Source of the DNA: Lingula anatina
Taxonomy: Eukaryota > Animalia > Brachiopoda
DNA length: 64,000 nucleotides
Assembly (NCBI GenBank): GCA_051362555.1
Contig: CM120642.1
Location: 11,594,001 to 11,658,000 of the forward strand
Direction of reading: 5' to 3'
In this document: positions 25,301 through 37,300 of the stretch, piece by piece
Layout: each line of letters starts with the position of its first letter
How positions within the stretch are numbered: position 1 is the stretch's first letter
Translations under genes and position numbers: made by a program
Notes under the pieces: generated by a model
Databases searched by the model: none
What the model was told of the DNA's origin: nothing
The model's input: the letters and a program-made list of their open reading frames with translations, nothing else

Positions 25301-28300
25301 GAAAAAATAAAGAATCTCTATAAAATCCTCAAATCTAAACATTGATTCATTTCAAAGTTCTGAATTCTGGGTTGCATCCAAAAAATATAGCTTTTTTTTT
25401 TTCAACAAAAGGCACGGTTTCTCTCATTTTTATCAATGGCTACAACAAATTTTATTCCTGTGTGAAATAATACTCCCATTTACAACATGCAACTATGGTT
25501 AAATAAGAGCACAAACCTAAATAATATCTGTTCAACCTGACACTGATACTATTTTCATTAGACACACTCATTTATCTATGCATCTTGAACACAGAAAACT
25601 ATCATTTACACTACTCTCAAAGCATATCACAGACAGTGCACAAATGCCAATATTGATCCATTTGTTTATTAGGTGCATGTAGGTAAAATAATCTATCTTA
25701 AGGTGTATTTCCAGTGATGATGGGTTGGCCTAACTAAGCCTGTTCTAACTCAGCAGGTCATCTTAAGTCAAAACAGTTTACAACTGTGCTAGAAGCAGCA
25801 TGTAACTTGGGGGTGGGGGGGGGGTGGGGGGTGGGGGGGGGTGGAGGGGGAATGGGGCATGGACAGTATTTAATAAATGGGTATTGATGTATAGGACCAC
25901 TGAACCAGATGACCTGGTATAGTCCTTCTCCATGGTAGCAGATATGTTTTGACTTCAATTTGCATATGTCCCATCTGAGCTGCTAATAGTATTCCATATG
26001 TCTGAGCTTGCTTTTTGGAACTACAAGGAAAAGAATAACTTCATTGAAGCCAAGTACATGTATGTCACTGAGACAGTGACTTTGTGAAACCACAGCAAAT
26101 TGGGAGCATTCACATCGGGAAGATCCGAGGTCTAGTAAGGCCGCGACTATCTGAATGCAGTCCAAGCAGCAATGCCATCTCCTTACTGCTAGTATTGTAG
26201 AAATTATAAGGCTCCCAACTCTGTCTGTTCTACTAGTACACCTATAAAACTGAGCTTGAAAATACTCAAAATAACTACTTAAGAAACATCTTAGAAAACT
26301 CTGAGGATCACAGGCATGATTTTTTAGTAAATACAGTACAGAGGCATCTAATAACTCACAGCTCATGATCAAAGAGCATGTAAAAATCAATAGATATTGT
26401 GTGACAAGGAAAAACTAGTATCCTCCATTAGTGGACTGTCTGTTAAAAACCTATGCTGCATATCATCTCTAGTTACCCACGAAAGGTTCAATAATCTTAT
26501 TGTATCATTATGAATTTATAAGCTTAATGCTATATGCACTTAAAATGGTAATAAATAATCCCTCCAGTGAAACAATTAAAGCCAGGGAGAAAGAGTTGAT
26601 ATAAGGTGCTGATACAAATAACATGAAAAGAGTGGCATTTGTAAAATTACAATGAAAAATTAGCAAAGAAGACTATTCATTCCCTTTTATTGGTGCAGAA
26701 AAAAAACAAAAAAAACAAGGTTTTGCTAGAGATGAGCTTCATATGCTAGGAACTCTCTACTGCCACAAGTGGCAACTGGTACAATGTATATCAAAACTCA
26801 TATCTTTTCCTGTGCAAATGGATCAGAATATCCGTTTCTATTGAACTGAAGTATCCTCTATGCTGTATTGCTTTTCCTTCATATCTATGATAACCCTTGT
26901 AACTATAAGGATTCGGCTGAGGAGTCTGTTACATATTACAGACAATAAAAGCTGTGTTCACATCAATCTTATCTGAAATGGTATTGGTTTTCAATGTGGC
27001 TAGTAGACAAACAAGGTTACTCACCAGTTATTCAGAAGACTAGCATTTCTGCTAAATCAGAACATTTTTTCTTTAGATTTGTTTTTTGTTTCTAACGTTT
27101 TTTTAGGCAGGGGGAGACCAACAAACATGTGTTAAGTGACCAATCAATTTGACTAACAACATCATTTACTACTTTTTTTATCAAAACTTGTGTAAACTGG
27201 GCATCAGTGAGGCTAGGACATTCTCCAGGATTTGCTATCATACTTCAATGGAACATTCTGGCAATTTGTTTGGATCTCCAGAGGAATTTATTTCCACATA
27301 ATACACATTACACCAGATCCTAGCTACAGTACATGTATTTGGTAGACTTGCATACTCGTAGACCTGGGATTGGATCTTAGTTTCATGTGCCCTAGATCTA
27401 GGGTAATAATTTTCTTTGGGATGAAACAAGATATTCCCAAATAGCCTAGCCCCAACCTCTTTCCTAGAAAAAAACAATTTGCTAGAGTACTTAAGAGACA
27501 TCCACTAGATATAACAATAATAATAATAATAATAATACAACATCTTTAAGAATCTGGGTTATTATCAACCAACTATGAAAAATAAAGGAACCACCCATGT
27601 GATCATACTCTCTAGAGAATTGATTAGAACACTGGAGAGACTTTCAACTGCAGTGGCCATTCACTCAAAACAAATCTTCAAGAAAGTCTCTGCACAACTG
27701 CTTCTTGGAAAAAAAAAAGAAGACTTACTGTGTATACAGCAACTAATGACTGTAAAGTGCATGCGCTACAGACTTACATGTACTAGCAGTACATGTAGAC
27801 ACCTAAATAGAGCATATCACAAAGATGGAAAAAGCTATGAGGAAAAACGAAAAACATTTACAAATTGCTTCTGATACGGTAAGCAATTAGTTAAACAGAT
27901 GTACTTTTTCCAAATTATAAGGATGTGTTTTAAAGCTGCCAAGTTTTGAGAGCTTTCTCTCCTATATAAATAATAACAATTCGTCAAAATATCATTATAT
28001 TTAAGAAATTATTTTCACTAGTTAAAAATATCCAAAAGTGAGAAGGGAAAGGCTGACTTACAAAGAGTAATAAAAAAGTCGTCCTGTCTTGAAAGACATT
28101 TTCCCCAAAACTGTCAATTATTAGCTAACAATTTTTGTTTTAACATTAAATAAATAAATGAATAAATTGAAAAACAAACAAACAAACAAACAAATAAAAA
28201 ACCACTTAAATTTGTTTTTATTTTCTTTTTTAATTTTTTAAATAGAGAAAAGCTGACTTACTAATAATGATAGTAGAGCTGTCCTATCTTGGATGCTATC

Positions 28301-29196
28301 TCTCCTATCTGCCATCTCTTCAACCCATACTTTGTGTCTAAAGTTTGTCTAAAGATAAGACATACCAACTGACATAAAAATTGCATTAAAAAAGAATGAA
28401 AATCTACGATTTGGTCAATTCCATGCTTCATATCTGAAAGTTAAATTTTTGAGAATGGTTTTAAAATGATAATTTTTGAGCAAAAAAAAAAAAGTATTCT
28501 TTTTTACAATGTGCTTATGGCTAAATAATTTGACCAAACAATAAAATCAAGCAAAATTATATTTGCATGAACCAAGTTACAAATTTGTATGAGGCCTCAT
28601 TCACAACAGCGGACTAACAGATCCCTGGATCAAATATGGCAACCCACTTAAAAGTTTGCTGCATAATCCCCTCATGAACACTGAATAGATTCCCTCTAGG
28701 AGTACACAACAAGTAGTCAAGTGGGTTGGCCATAATTGATCTGCTAATCTGTTAGTCTGCTGTTGTGAAGGCAGCCTAAAAGTTAGTGAGTGATGGACTT
28801 TGCACAGCATATAATTTAAGTATCTTCAATAGTTTAAAACAACAAATAAAAATTGAAGTGTAGATTGAAACAAAAATGAAAACTCTGGAATATTCTAAAA
28901 TTGGCTAAAAATCTACCTGGGTAAGAAGAGCAAATTACAATGCTGACAACAAATCAATCAACCAAAATCATGACAAGGTGAATGAAGCATTTCAACCTAT
29001 CAGTATGTACCTGTTTTGTTGTTGAAACTTCCACAGTTTTGTGTAAACATCAAATGTTCTTCCAAAATAAGACTGCCACTGTTTATGTCCATACTGGGGC
29101 AGATCTCTGTAACAGAAAGCACATTTAAAAGATGGTGTACCATAAGATAATAAGCATATACCTGATAACTTGTTACTTATTTTATAAATATATATA

Positions 29197-29245
<49 letters not shown>

Positions 29246-31645
29246 AAACATGTGGGAGATTGTGTTTGGGTGTCTTATCATATGACTTAAAACAGCACTC
29301 TAATCTCAATCATCATATATTTCCCATTAGAGCAACTCTCCAATACGCCTAAAAGCATCCATAGCAGCTTCAATGACAATGATATATAAGACTGTGTGTA
29401 CATTTAATATATCAGAAGTAAATGTATATGTTTTGCCAACAATATTCTAACCATGTTTACTTATCGTACGGTAATTATTCGATCTTTTCAATGGGGGAAA
29501 ATTTTGAATTCTACAGATACTGTATTTTTAGTCATAATTTCTTACACTTAGAACATTTCTACTGAGTGGTTACAATAAAATTAAAAGCAATCTACCCTGT
29601 AGTTCTATTCTTTGTATTAAAAGCATCATAAATGCTATACTGAAATACAGTTTTTGTGATTATAAAACAATATATCTGAAAGTTTGATTTTTGCCAATCG
29701 AAAAGATCAAGTCATTACAGTAATTCCTGGATGCTACAAATAAAAGAGACAAATGTCAATATCTGTGAATAAAGCACTTGGTAATGTAACAGTTAGAGCT
29801 CTATAGTTTATTATATAAACACATCATTTATACATGTACTTTTCTGCTATAATAATAATCTTACACATTAGTAGGCATTTTTTATCAAAAATAATCTTAA
29901 TAAAATATGCAGAATGGTTCCATTAATCATTGGAGAATACCTGTGGCACAATAATAAATATCTGTCTGTCTATAGGAAAGTCTGTCTGTCTATTTACATA
30001 TCTTAGGATTCATTCCCAATGAAACTATTGTTCTACGTAGATTGATCCAACTCCGAGAGGACTTAATCAGACTTACTCAGATAAACAGATTAACACACCT
30101 TTTCCTGGTGTTAAGTAGATTACAGAAAAGCGGGTGATTTTATGAGTACGCTGGAAACAAGAGGAGACACATCATTCAGTGAGTCAGTACATTCAGTGAG
30201 GGTCCCTGCAGAGTTGGATTGATCTACGTAGAACGATAGTTTTTACTGGAAATGAATCTCAAGTCCACATTTCATAATGCTGTCTTGAAGATTCCTAAAC
30301 TTAATCTAGCATATGGGTTTTCCCCAAACACTTCAGTACAAAGACTTATCTACAGAAGATGCCACAGAATTTCATTAATTGTCAAAGAGACTATATACTT
30401 CCTGTGCCACATATCTATTTGATTCTTCATAACAAAGACTAATAACCCACTATACAGTAAGTTAATTTGCTCTGTAGTAAACAATATTTTCTTTAGTTAA
30501 TATTTCAACATCTTATGCTGATTTAGTTAATAAATTTGCTCAGTTGCAGAAAAATAAACACAGCATGTACAATTCCTCTTGTTTTCCTCTGGACAGTATC
30601 CTCTGTTTGCCGACATGCACCAACATATTATACCAATATCAGCAAATGTCAAAATATTAAACCTAATTTAACCACTTCAAGAGCCCTATAATTACGCCAA
30701 GTACTACTTGCTGTAAAGTTTCCATGCTTGCAAGTATTATTTCATGGATAGGGAATGACACTAGTGGTAATAAGAGGATCACCTCTTTATGTTGTTATTT
30801 TTTCAAATCATGATTTGAAAAATGTCACCTTTTAAATGTACAGGTAGGTCAAAGTGTTAACACTCAAGTTTTAAAAGTAAGAAGTAAAAATGCCATTTCC
30901 TTAAATTTTACAATGTGGTTAAGTAATGGTGCGGGGGGGGGGGGGGGGGGGAGGGGGGGTAATTATGCAGAGGAGTAATGATGTGGGGAGGTTAAGGGGT
31001 GTAGCCACAACAAATACTTGTATTTATTTAGTAACTACAGTACATGTAGCACCAGCAGTTGCCCCCTTGGTTTCAATACAATAACTAGTCTAAATTTTTA
31101 TTTTACTACAGCAGCTTCTTCAAGATCAATATCATTAAGACAGATCTAATTAATTCAAGGTAAACACAATACTTACAGACAATGAACTATTATCTCACAA
31201 GAGGCCTAATGCAAGGGTATGTGCTTTCTTTGCCTTAGGCAGTTACTGAAGCTGTTAAGTGGTTTATTGCATGTTTTCATATCGTCCAAAGAGATTTGGC
31301 ATCTACTTCTGATTTATTTCGACTGACAGTACACCTCTCCGTGGTCTTACCAAGAGCAAGCTTACTGAAAGTCATGCTATCATGCTGTAGAAACAAACGA
31401 GGAAATAAAATTTAATTTACTGAACTATTTAAAGTTACACTCCGCAGGTGCCTGTCCAAGCTTGGAGCAAACACTGCATTCATTTTTTGCAGCGGTTCTG
31501 TTTTTTCACGTGCATTGAACATTGGACCAGGAATATGATACCAGCAAAGAACGACGTACCTAAGTCCATTGAAAAGTTGCTTAGACTTCTCCAACAGATG
31601 ACAGAACTCGTTGACAACCTTTCGTTCCTGGTCGTCCATCTCCAT
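16320..31645 (-). CDS. SCAI: Protein SCAI (suppressor of cancer cell invasion); coding exons 31560-31645, 29011-29106, 28262-28348, 25002-25100, 24628-24724, 24159-24257, 19916-20068, 19476-19601, 19066-19246, 18720-18819, 17962-18043, 17626-17698, 17118-17291, 16840-16940, 16320-16463
   Basis: The translation carries SCAI signature blocks: LLEKSKQLFNGLRDLPQYGHKQWQSYFGRTFDVYTKLWKFQQQ, YGLKRWQIGEIASKIGQLYYHYYLRTSE, KKLRYYARFIVVCLLL, VKFSELTLDMFRMLQTLEREP, NPHKYLLYKPTFSQL, LHPGDVYPFTRKPLFLIIDS, GDDFLRLL. All junctions are GT-AG and phase-compatible. Confidence 0.96.
18302..18664. mobile_element. MITE-like element with an internal direct duplication of about 98 bp (18335-18432 and 18500-18598)
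   Basis: AAATCAGCTTGTCTGATAGGACCC...GCCGTTTACAC occurs twice, nearly identical. The start CATTCCCATA and the CCCTGCAGA..TAGATCAATCC end resemble the elements at 1383 and 30003. Confidence 0.5.
29199..29241. repeat. (TG)n microsatellite
   Basis: About 21 perfect TG units. Confidence 0.9.
30003..30262. mobile_element. MITE with terminal inverted repeats of about 50 bp, in SCAI intron 1
   Basis: TTAGGATTCATTCCCAATGAAACTATTGTTCTACGTAGATTGATCCAACTC matches the reverse complement of GAGTTGGATTGATCTACGTAGAACGATAGTTTTTACTGGAAATGAATCTCAA. Confidence 0.7.
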
Positions 31646-32100
31646 GATGTTGCTGTGTTGACAGTCGCCTTTAACCTCCAATCCTATGATAGCCTAAAAA
31701 ATTGAACCCACAAAATATATTCCAGTGTTTACCAGTGAACGTTATATACGTATGCAAAGCCTAGGTTTAATGCGCTCTTTAGTGTTCGCTATGAAGAAAT
31801 ATATGGAAATTAATCAATGTTTGAATCGTCGAGAATATAGACAAGTAAAGAAGTGCGCAGGTGCGGAAGCTGTCTGCTACACGTGAATTTCTATGGCCGG
31901 TTGGTGCTTGTATGATACATTTGCAAATTGCGTGTATTTGCGTACTCGATTAATAATTATTTGTGTTTGAAAATTGTTATAGCTAAACAGCCGATAAGCA
32001 TTTTATCTCCTGGGTAGGTAACCGATTAGAAAAAATTCAATCTCATTTCTAGTTACCGAATAAAATAATCATCTTGTACTTTTCTCTGTCAGGCTTTGAG
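31646..32100. promoter_or_regulatory. Probable bidirectional promoter region of SCAI and DHPS
   Basis: Divergent starts lie 1.9 kb apart, with local CpG/GCGC enrichment. The DHPS ATG exon is preceded by an acceptor (ctccag| at about 33504), implying upstream UTR exon(s), e.g. candidate 32093-32245. Confidence 0.5.
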
Positions 32101-33529
32101 ATTGTGAAGAGCAGCCGGATAAGAATCTAAATACTCTTTATTCCTAGCACAGACTTCAAACGTCTGCTCCTTTTCACGAAACTAGTTCACGCAGACATCT
32201 ATGGTGTGTTAGAGACTATAATTCTCTACCGAAAGTCATTTTAAGGTAAAAAAACATGTCCAAACTAAGTGCTTTTTCTTGATGTACACTGTACGTGTTT
32301 ATTTTCATTAACATTATAAGATTTTAATAAAAGTTGTTGTAGGCATGTGGCATCTTGAACATAGTAAAAAAAGTGTCATTATTGAGTGCTTCCATTGTTG
32401 ACACAATGTGACACATACTGGTACTGTATTGCCTTGCTTTCCAGAAATATAGCTTCAAGTACTCAGCCCCTGAACCAGTTGTGTTAGCACTCCTATTTAT
32501 GCATAATTTGTGATATGTGCTAATGCACGAAAGTTAGAGGTAACAGAGAGGATATGACGGCCTGCTAGGGACTCAGCTGCATGTTGGGAAGCCTCAAATC
32601 TTTTGCTTACCTCTCACCTCCTCCAGTTGCACACTGCTGAAAGGTCAACCAGTCTTGTTGTCAACACTACTGTGAATTAAGGTAAGCAGGCATGTAGCAA
32701 GCAATTTATAAAGAAGAGGGGTTCTTTTTCTGAAAAAGTAAAGCTATTACCATCAAACCATCATGTACCTAGGTCAAATTTTATCCAGAACAGATTTTTT
32801 TCTACCTGGCTCTCGGCCTGGTAAGATTCAAGTGCTAATCTACCAGTAATGCTCCAGTCAATTGCAAACATCCACTGAAAACTGAAACTATGAGACATTT
32901 AAATGTGCGAGGTATGTCAGGTATTATTTCCCACCTGGAACCAAATGGTTGAAAGATCACTTGGGCTAAGCATCACTGCGTGTTGGTTTGTTTTCTGGCA
33001 CATAAAATCCTTGTGTCATTTTATGGCCTGTTTCACATATTCAGAAATCTGTTAATGACAGTCTTCAGTAATTCAATAATTACTGGACAAGAAAGTAAAT
33101 TATGGCTAGATTTATTAGGATGGGCAAATGGTCTTTTAAATTTCTGTAAGGTATTTTGATGGGCCAAGTTTATTTGATGTGCCTCTCTGTTGTGTAAAAG
33201 TACATGAAGAACACTTTTTGTAGATTATATATTGAATTAAAATAAAGGTAAAAAGGAAGCATCATTGCCTTGCATCTGTGGCTGCTTCGTTCTACAGCTA
33301 GTCAGGATCAAATGGTTTTAAACATCCTGAAAACATTGGCTCGTGTGCAACAACAGAAAGTATGAATGAGAAAATCTTTTTGATTAGATAACATGTAGCT
33401 GATGTAATGTTTTTTTTTTAATTTTTGTGTATTTGAGCATGAAAATGGGCTTTTTTTTAAATAATAAGTGGAAAAGAATTAACAAAAAAAAAATCTATCT
33501 CCAGAATTTTAAAGACATTCAGTTGAGCC

Positions 33530-34306
33530 ATGGCCGGCCAGAGTGCACCTCCCAGTATAGCTGTGGACTCAGTGCTGCTGAAGAGTGAGGAAATGCCCGA
33601 GGGCTCCGAGACTGTCCAGGGTTATGACTTCAACAATGGCGTAGATTACCACCAGCTGCTGAAGATGTACACCACTTCAGGGTTCCAGGCAACTAATTTT
33701 GGACTCGCCGTTGAACAGATTAATAAAATGGTGATTATGTTTGTGTCAGGTTGAAATTCATAGGCAACTGATATTAGCCAAGAACTTTTGTCTCCATTCC
33801 CATAGACACCATCAGTCAACGTAGATCGGCTTAGCTCTGCAGGGACTCTGGCTAAGTACAATCAGCTTAACTGGATGACAGGCCTCCTCTTGTTTTCAAC
33901 ATACTTGTTTAATCACAAGCTTTTTTTGTATTCTACTTAATGCCAAGAGGAGGCATGTGATTCAGTTAAGGTGATTGCAGTCAGCGAGAGTTGGGTTGAT
34001 TCAAGCAGACAGTGGTATCTAAGAGGATTGGGACTTGTGATACATGTATGACAGAAGAACCCTAATATTTCTCTACGTAAATGCAGTGTTAATCCAGTGA
34101 TGTAACTTATATGCATGAGGCACTTAATGGAGTTGTATATGGATGGGGGATCGGGGAGACAATGCTTGTGTTACTGAAGCGTATCATGTTGATATTAAAC
34201 TGGATTAATGTGTCTGTGAATGTCAACTGAATATTTCATGCTGTTTTGCTTGTTTGTTAAAATTTCATGTGGATAAGAAGAGAGATATACCTGTATATTT
34301 GGTCTT

Positions 34307-34340
<34 letters not shown>

Positions 34341-37300
34341 CATAGCATTTGAGCAATGTCTGTTTTTCATAGAAAGTCATGCCTGTAGCCAGCAATTTCA
34401 AAGGGAGGGGGTTCGTTTTCTGAAAAAGTGGACCTTTTACGATAAAATCTTCAAGTACATAGATCAAATTTTACCTAGAGTGGACCTTTTCCCAGCAAAA
34501 AGGGTGGTTCTTTCGAACCCCCCGAACCCCCCCTGGCTACGGGCCTGAAAGTAGTTATTAGTATTTAATTGTACACATACCAGGAAGCAGCTGATAAATT
34601 TTCATACATTTTAGATTGAAAAGAAACTAGAACCCCTTCCAGAAGAAGTGAGGCAAGAAGCTAATTTCAACCCTGTTGGTCGCGAGAAGACTAACTGCAC
34701 TATATTTCTGGGGTATACATCTAACCTGATTTCCTCAGGAGTCAGAGAGACCATCAGATATCTAGTGCAGCACAACATGGTAAGCTAGTGGATGAGGACA
34801 GTGCTTTGATGGCACATACCCTTAGGTTTTTTTGTTTTTTTTTATGTACAGACACAGATGTGTCTGTACATATAGCCATCATCTCCGTCTGTCGTCGTCG
34901 CCGTCGTCGTCGCCGTGCACTTTTACCGATAACACGATAAGTGGAAAACCTTTTTTCTTTTGTCTTGAAACTTACAGAACTGATGAATATTCATAATCCG
35001 CAGGTCAAGTTCGAAAATCAGCATGATCGGTCCATTTTTAGGGAAGTTATGCTGTTTTTTCACTTTTTTCAGCATTTATGCAACACCGTAAACACGATAA
35101 GTGAAAAACTGTTTTACCTTTTAACTTGAAACTTACAGAACTGATGAATATTTGTAATACGCAGGTCAAGTTCAAAAGTTAGCATGATCTGGCCATTTTT
35201 AGGGAAGTTATGATGTTTTTTTCACTTTTTTCAGCATTTATGCAACACCGTAAACATGATAAGTGAAAAACTGTTTTACCTTTTGGCTGGAAACTTACAG
35301 AACTGATGAATATTTATAATAAGCGGGTCGAGTTCGAAAATCAACTTGATCGGGCCATTTTTAGGGAAGTTATGCTGTTTTTTCACTTTTTTCAGCATAT
35401 ATTCAACCCTGATAGCGCAATAAAAGAAAAACAGATTGGCCAATTGTCATTATTCTCACAGGAGTGGTCAATCTTACTAAAACGCAGGTTGAGTTCGAAA
35501 ATCAGCATAATCGGGCCATTGTTTTAAAAGTTATGCTGTTCTTTCACATTTCCTCAATTTTAGTTTTTAGGCATGTTAACAGTCTCATTATTGAACTAAT
35601 AAGATACGTAAAAGTGTTTGTTTGATATTTCCTGCAACTTTACAACATTGTTAGTTGATTATGTAAAAATGATAGTAAACTTGTTATCATGTATTGTGTA
35701 ATAAAGTGTCAAAATTGGAAAAAAAGTCATATCATTGCAGTTTGTTAGATTCAATCATCCACTTAACTATGTTCAGAATCTCAGAATACAGGAAATTGGA
35801 CATTTAACACTGTTCTATTGATACTTTTCCCATCTCATCAATTTTCTTCGTTGAACATATAAAAATGGCAGTAAACTGTTTATTTTGTTTTATGTTAAAA
35901 AAAGTATTAAAAATGGAAATAAACCCATTTCAGAACAGTGCTGTCTTGTTTACATTTTGGCATTTTCAAGGTGTGACTTTGATATTCCATGGGCCTGAAG
36001 ACCTTTGCTAGTCACATTTCCTGAATATCCATGATACCAATATTTTATTATTAAAAATTGATGGTTATTATGCTGTTGAACATTATGTAATGTTGTATCA
36101 AAATTTGAAGGAACCCCTATTTTGGGCACTGCTCCCATGATGACCATTTAAGGAAAATGATGTCACTTACTGTTCTCAAACTTACAGGAAAGAAACATGG
36201 GACTAAAATACAGCTTCAGTAGGCAATGCAGTCTGTTTGCTAATTTTTTTTCTGGCAATCTTACAGTTTTTCGTGAAAATTTGATTTTTCACATATTGGC
36301 ATTTTCAAGGTGTGACTTTGAAGTTCCATGGGCCTGAAGACCTTGCTAGTCACGTTTTCTGAATGTCCATGTTACTAATATTTTATTATTAAAAATTGAT
36401 GGTCATTATGCTGTTAAACATGTAATGTTGCACCAAAATTTGAAGAAACCCCTATTTGGGCATCGCTCCCATGATGACCATTTATGGAAAACCATGTCAC
36501 TTACCTTTCTCAAACTTTCAGGAAAGAAACATGGGACTAAAACACAGCTTCAGTAGGCAATGCAGTCTGTTTGGTAAATTTTTCTGTCAATTAAACAGTT
36601 TTTTTGTGAAAATTTAATTTTTCACATTTTGGCATTTTCACTTAGAACCTCCACGGGCTTGAAGACCCAAGCTAGTCACATTTTCTGAAAATCCATGATA
36701 CATTTATTTTATTATTAAAAATTGATGGTCATAATGCTGTTAAGCATTATGTAATGTTGCATCAAAATAGAAGAAAACACAATTTTTGGTGCTGCTGCTA
36801 TGATGACCATTATGGGAAAACCCTGTTACTTATTACTGTCAAACTTTCAAAAGAGAAGCACAGGACTAAAATGTATCCCGAGTTGGAAAAGCAGTCTAAT
36901 TGGCTTCTTTTTCTGGAAGTTATACATTTTAGTGAAATATTCATTTTTATCGTTTTGGGATATTCATTGTGGGATTTGGAGCTCCCATGGACATGAAGCC
37001 GAATGGTAATTAAATTTTCTACATGTCCGTCTATTTATAGTCAATAATCAAAAATTGGTGATAATTATTCTGTTATTTATTATGTAATGTTACATTAAAA
37101 TTAACAAAAATATTTTTGCACTGCTACTACAAACATTATGAAAAGAAAAACTGTGTTACTTATTATTATTGTACCACCAGCGTTAGCGCTGGCGGTACAC
37201 ATGGTTTTAGTCCCGTCCGGATCGTTCCGCCGGCTCCGCCGGCTCCGCCGGCTCCGCCGGCTCCGCCGGACGGCTACCGTTACCGCTTCTCCTCCTAGAC

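Noticed and set aside
25805-25860. G-run tracts (also about 3773, 30932, 62109) as functional G-quadruplexes
   Set aside because: They are homopolymer-type tracts with error-prone length, common in such genomes; nothing else supports function.
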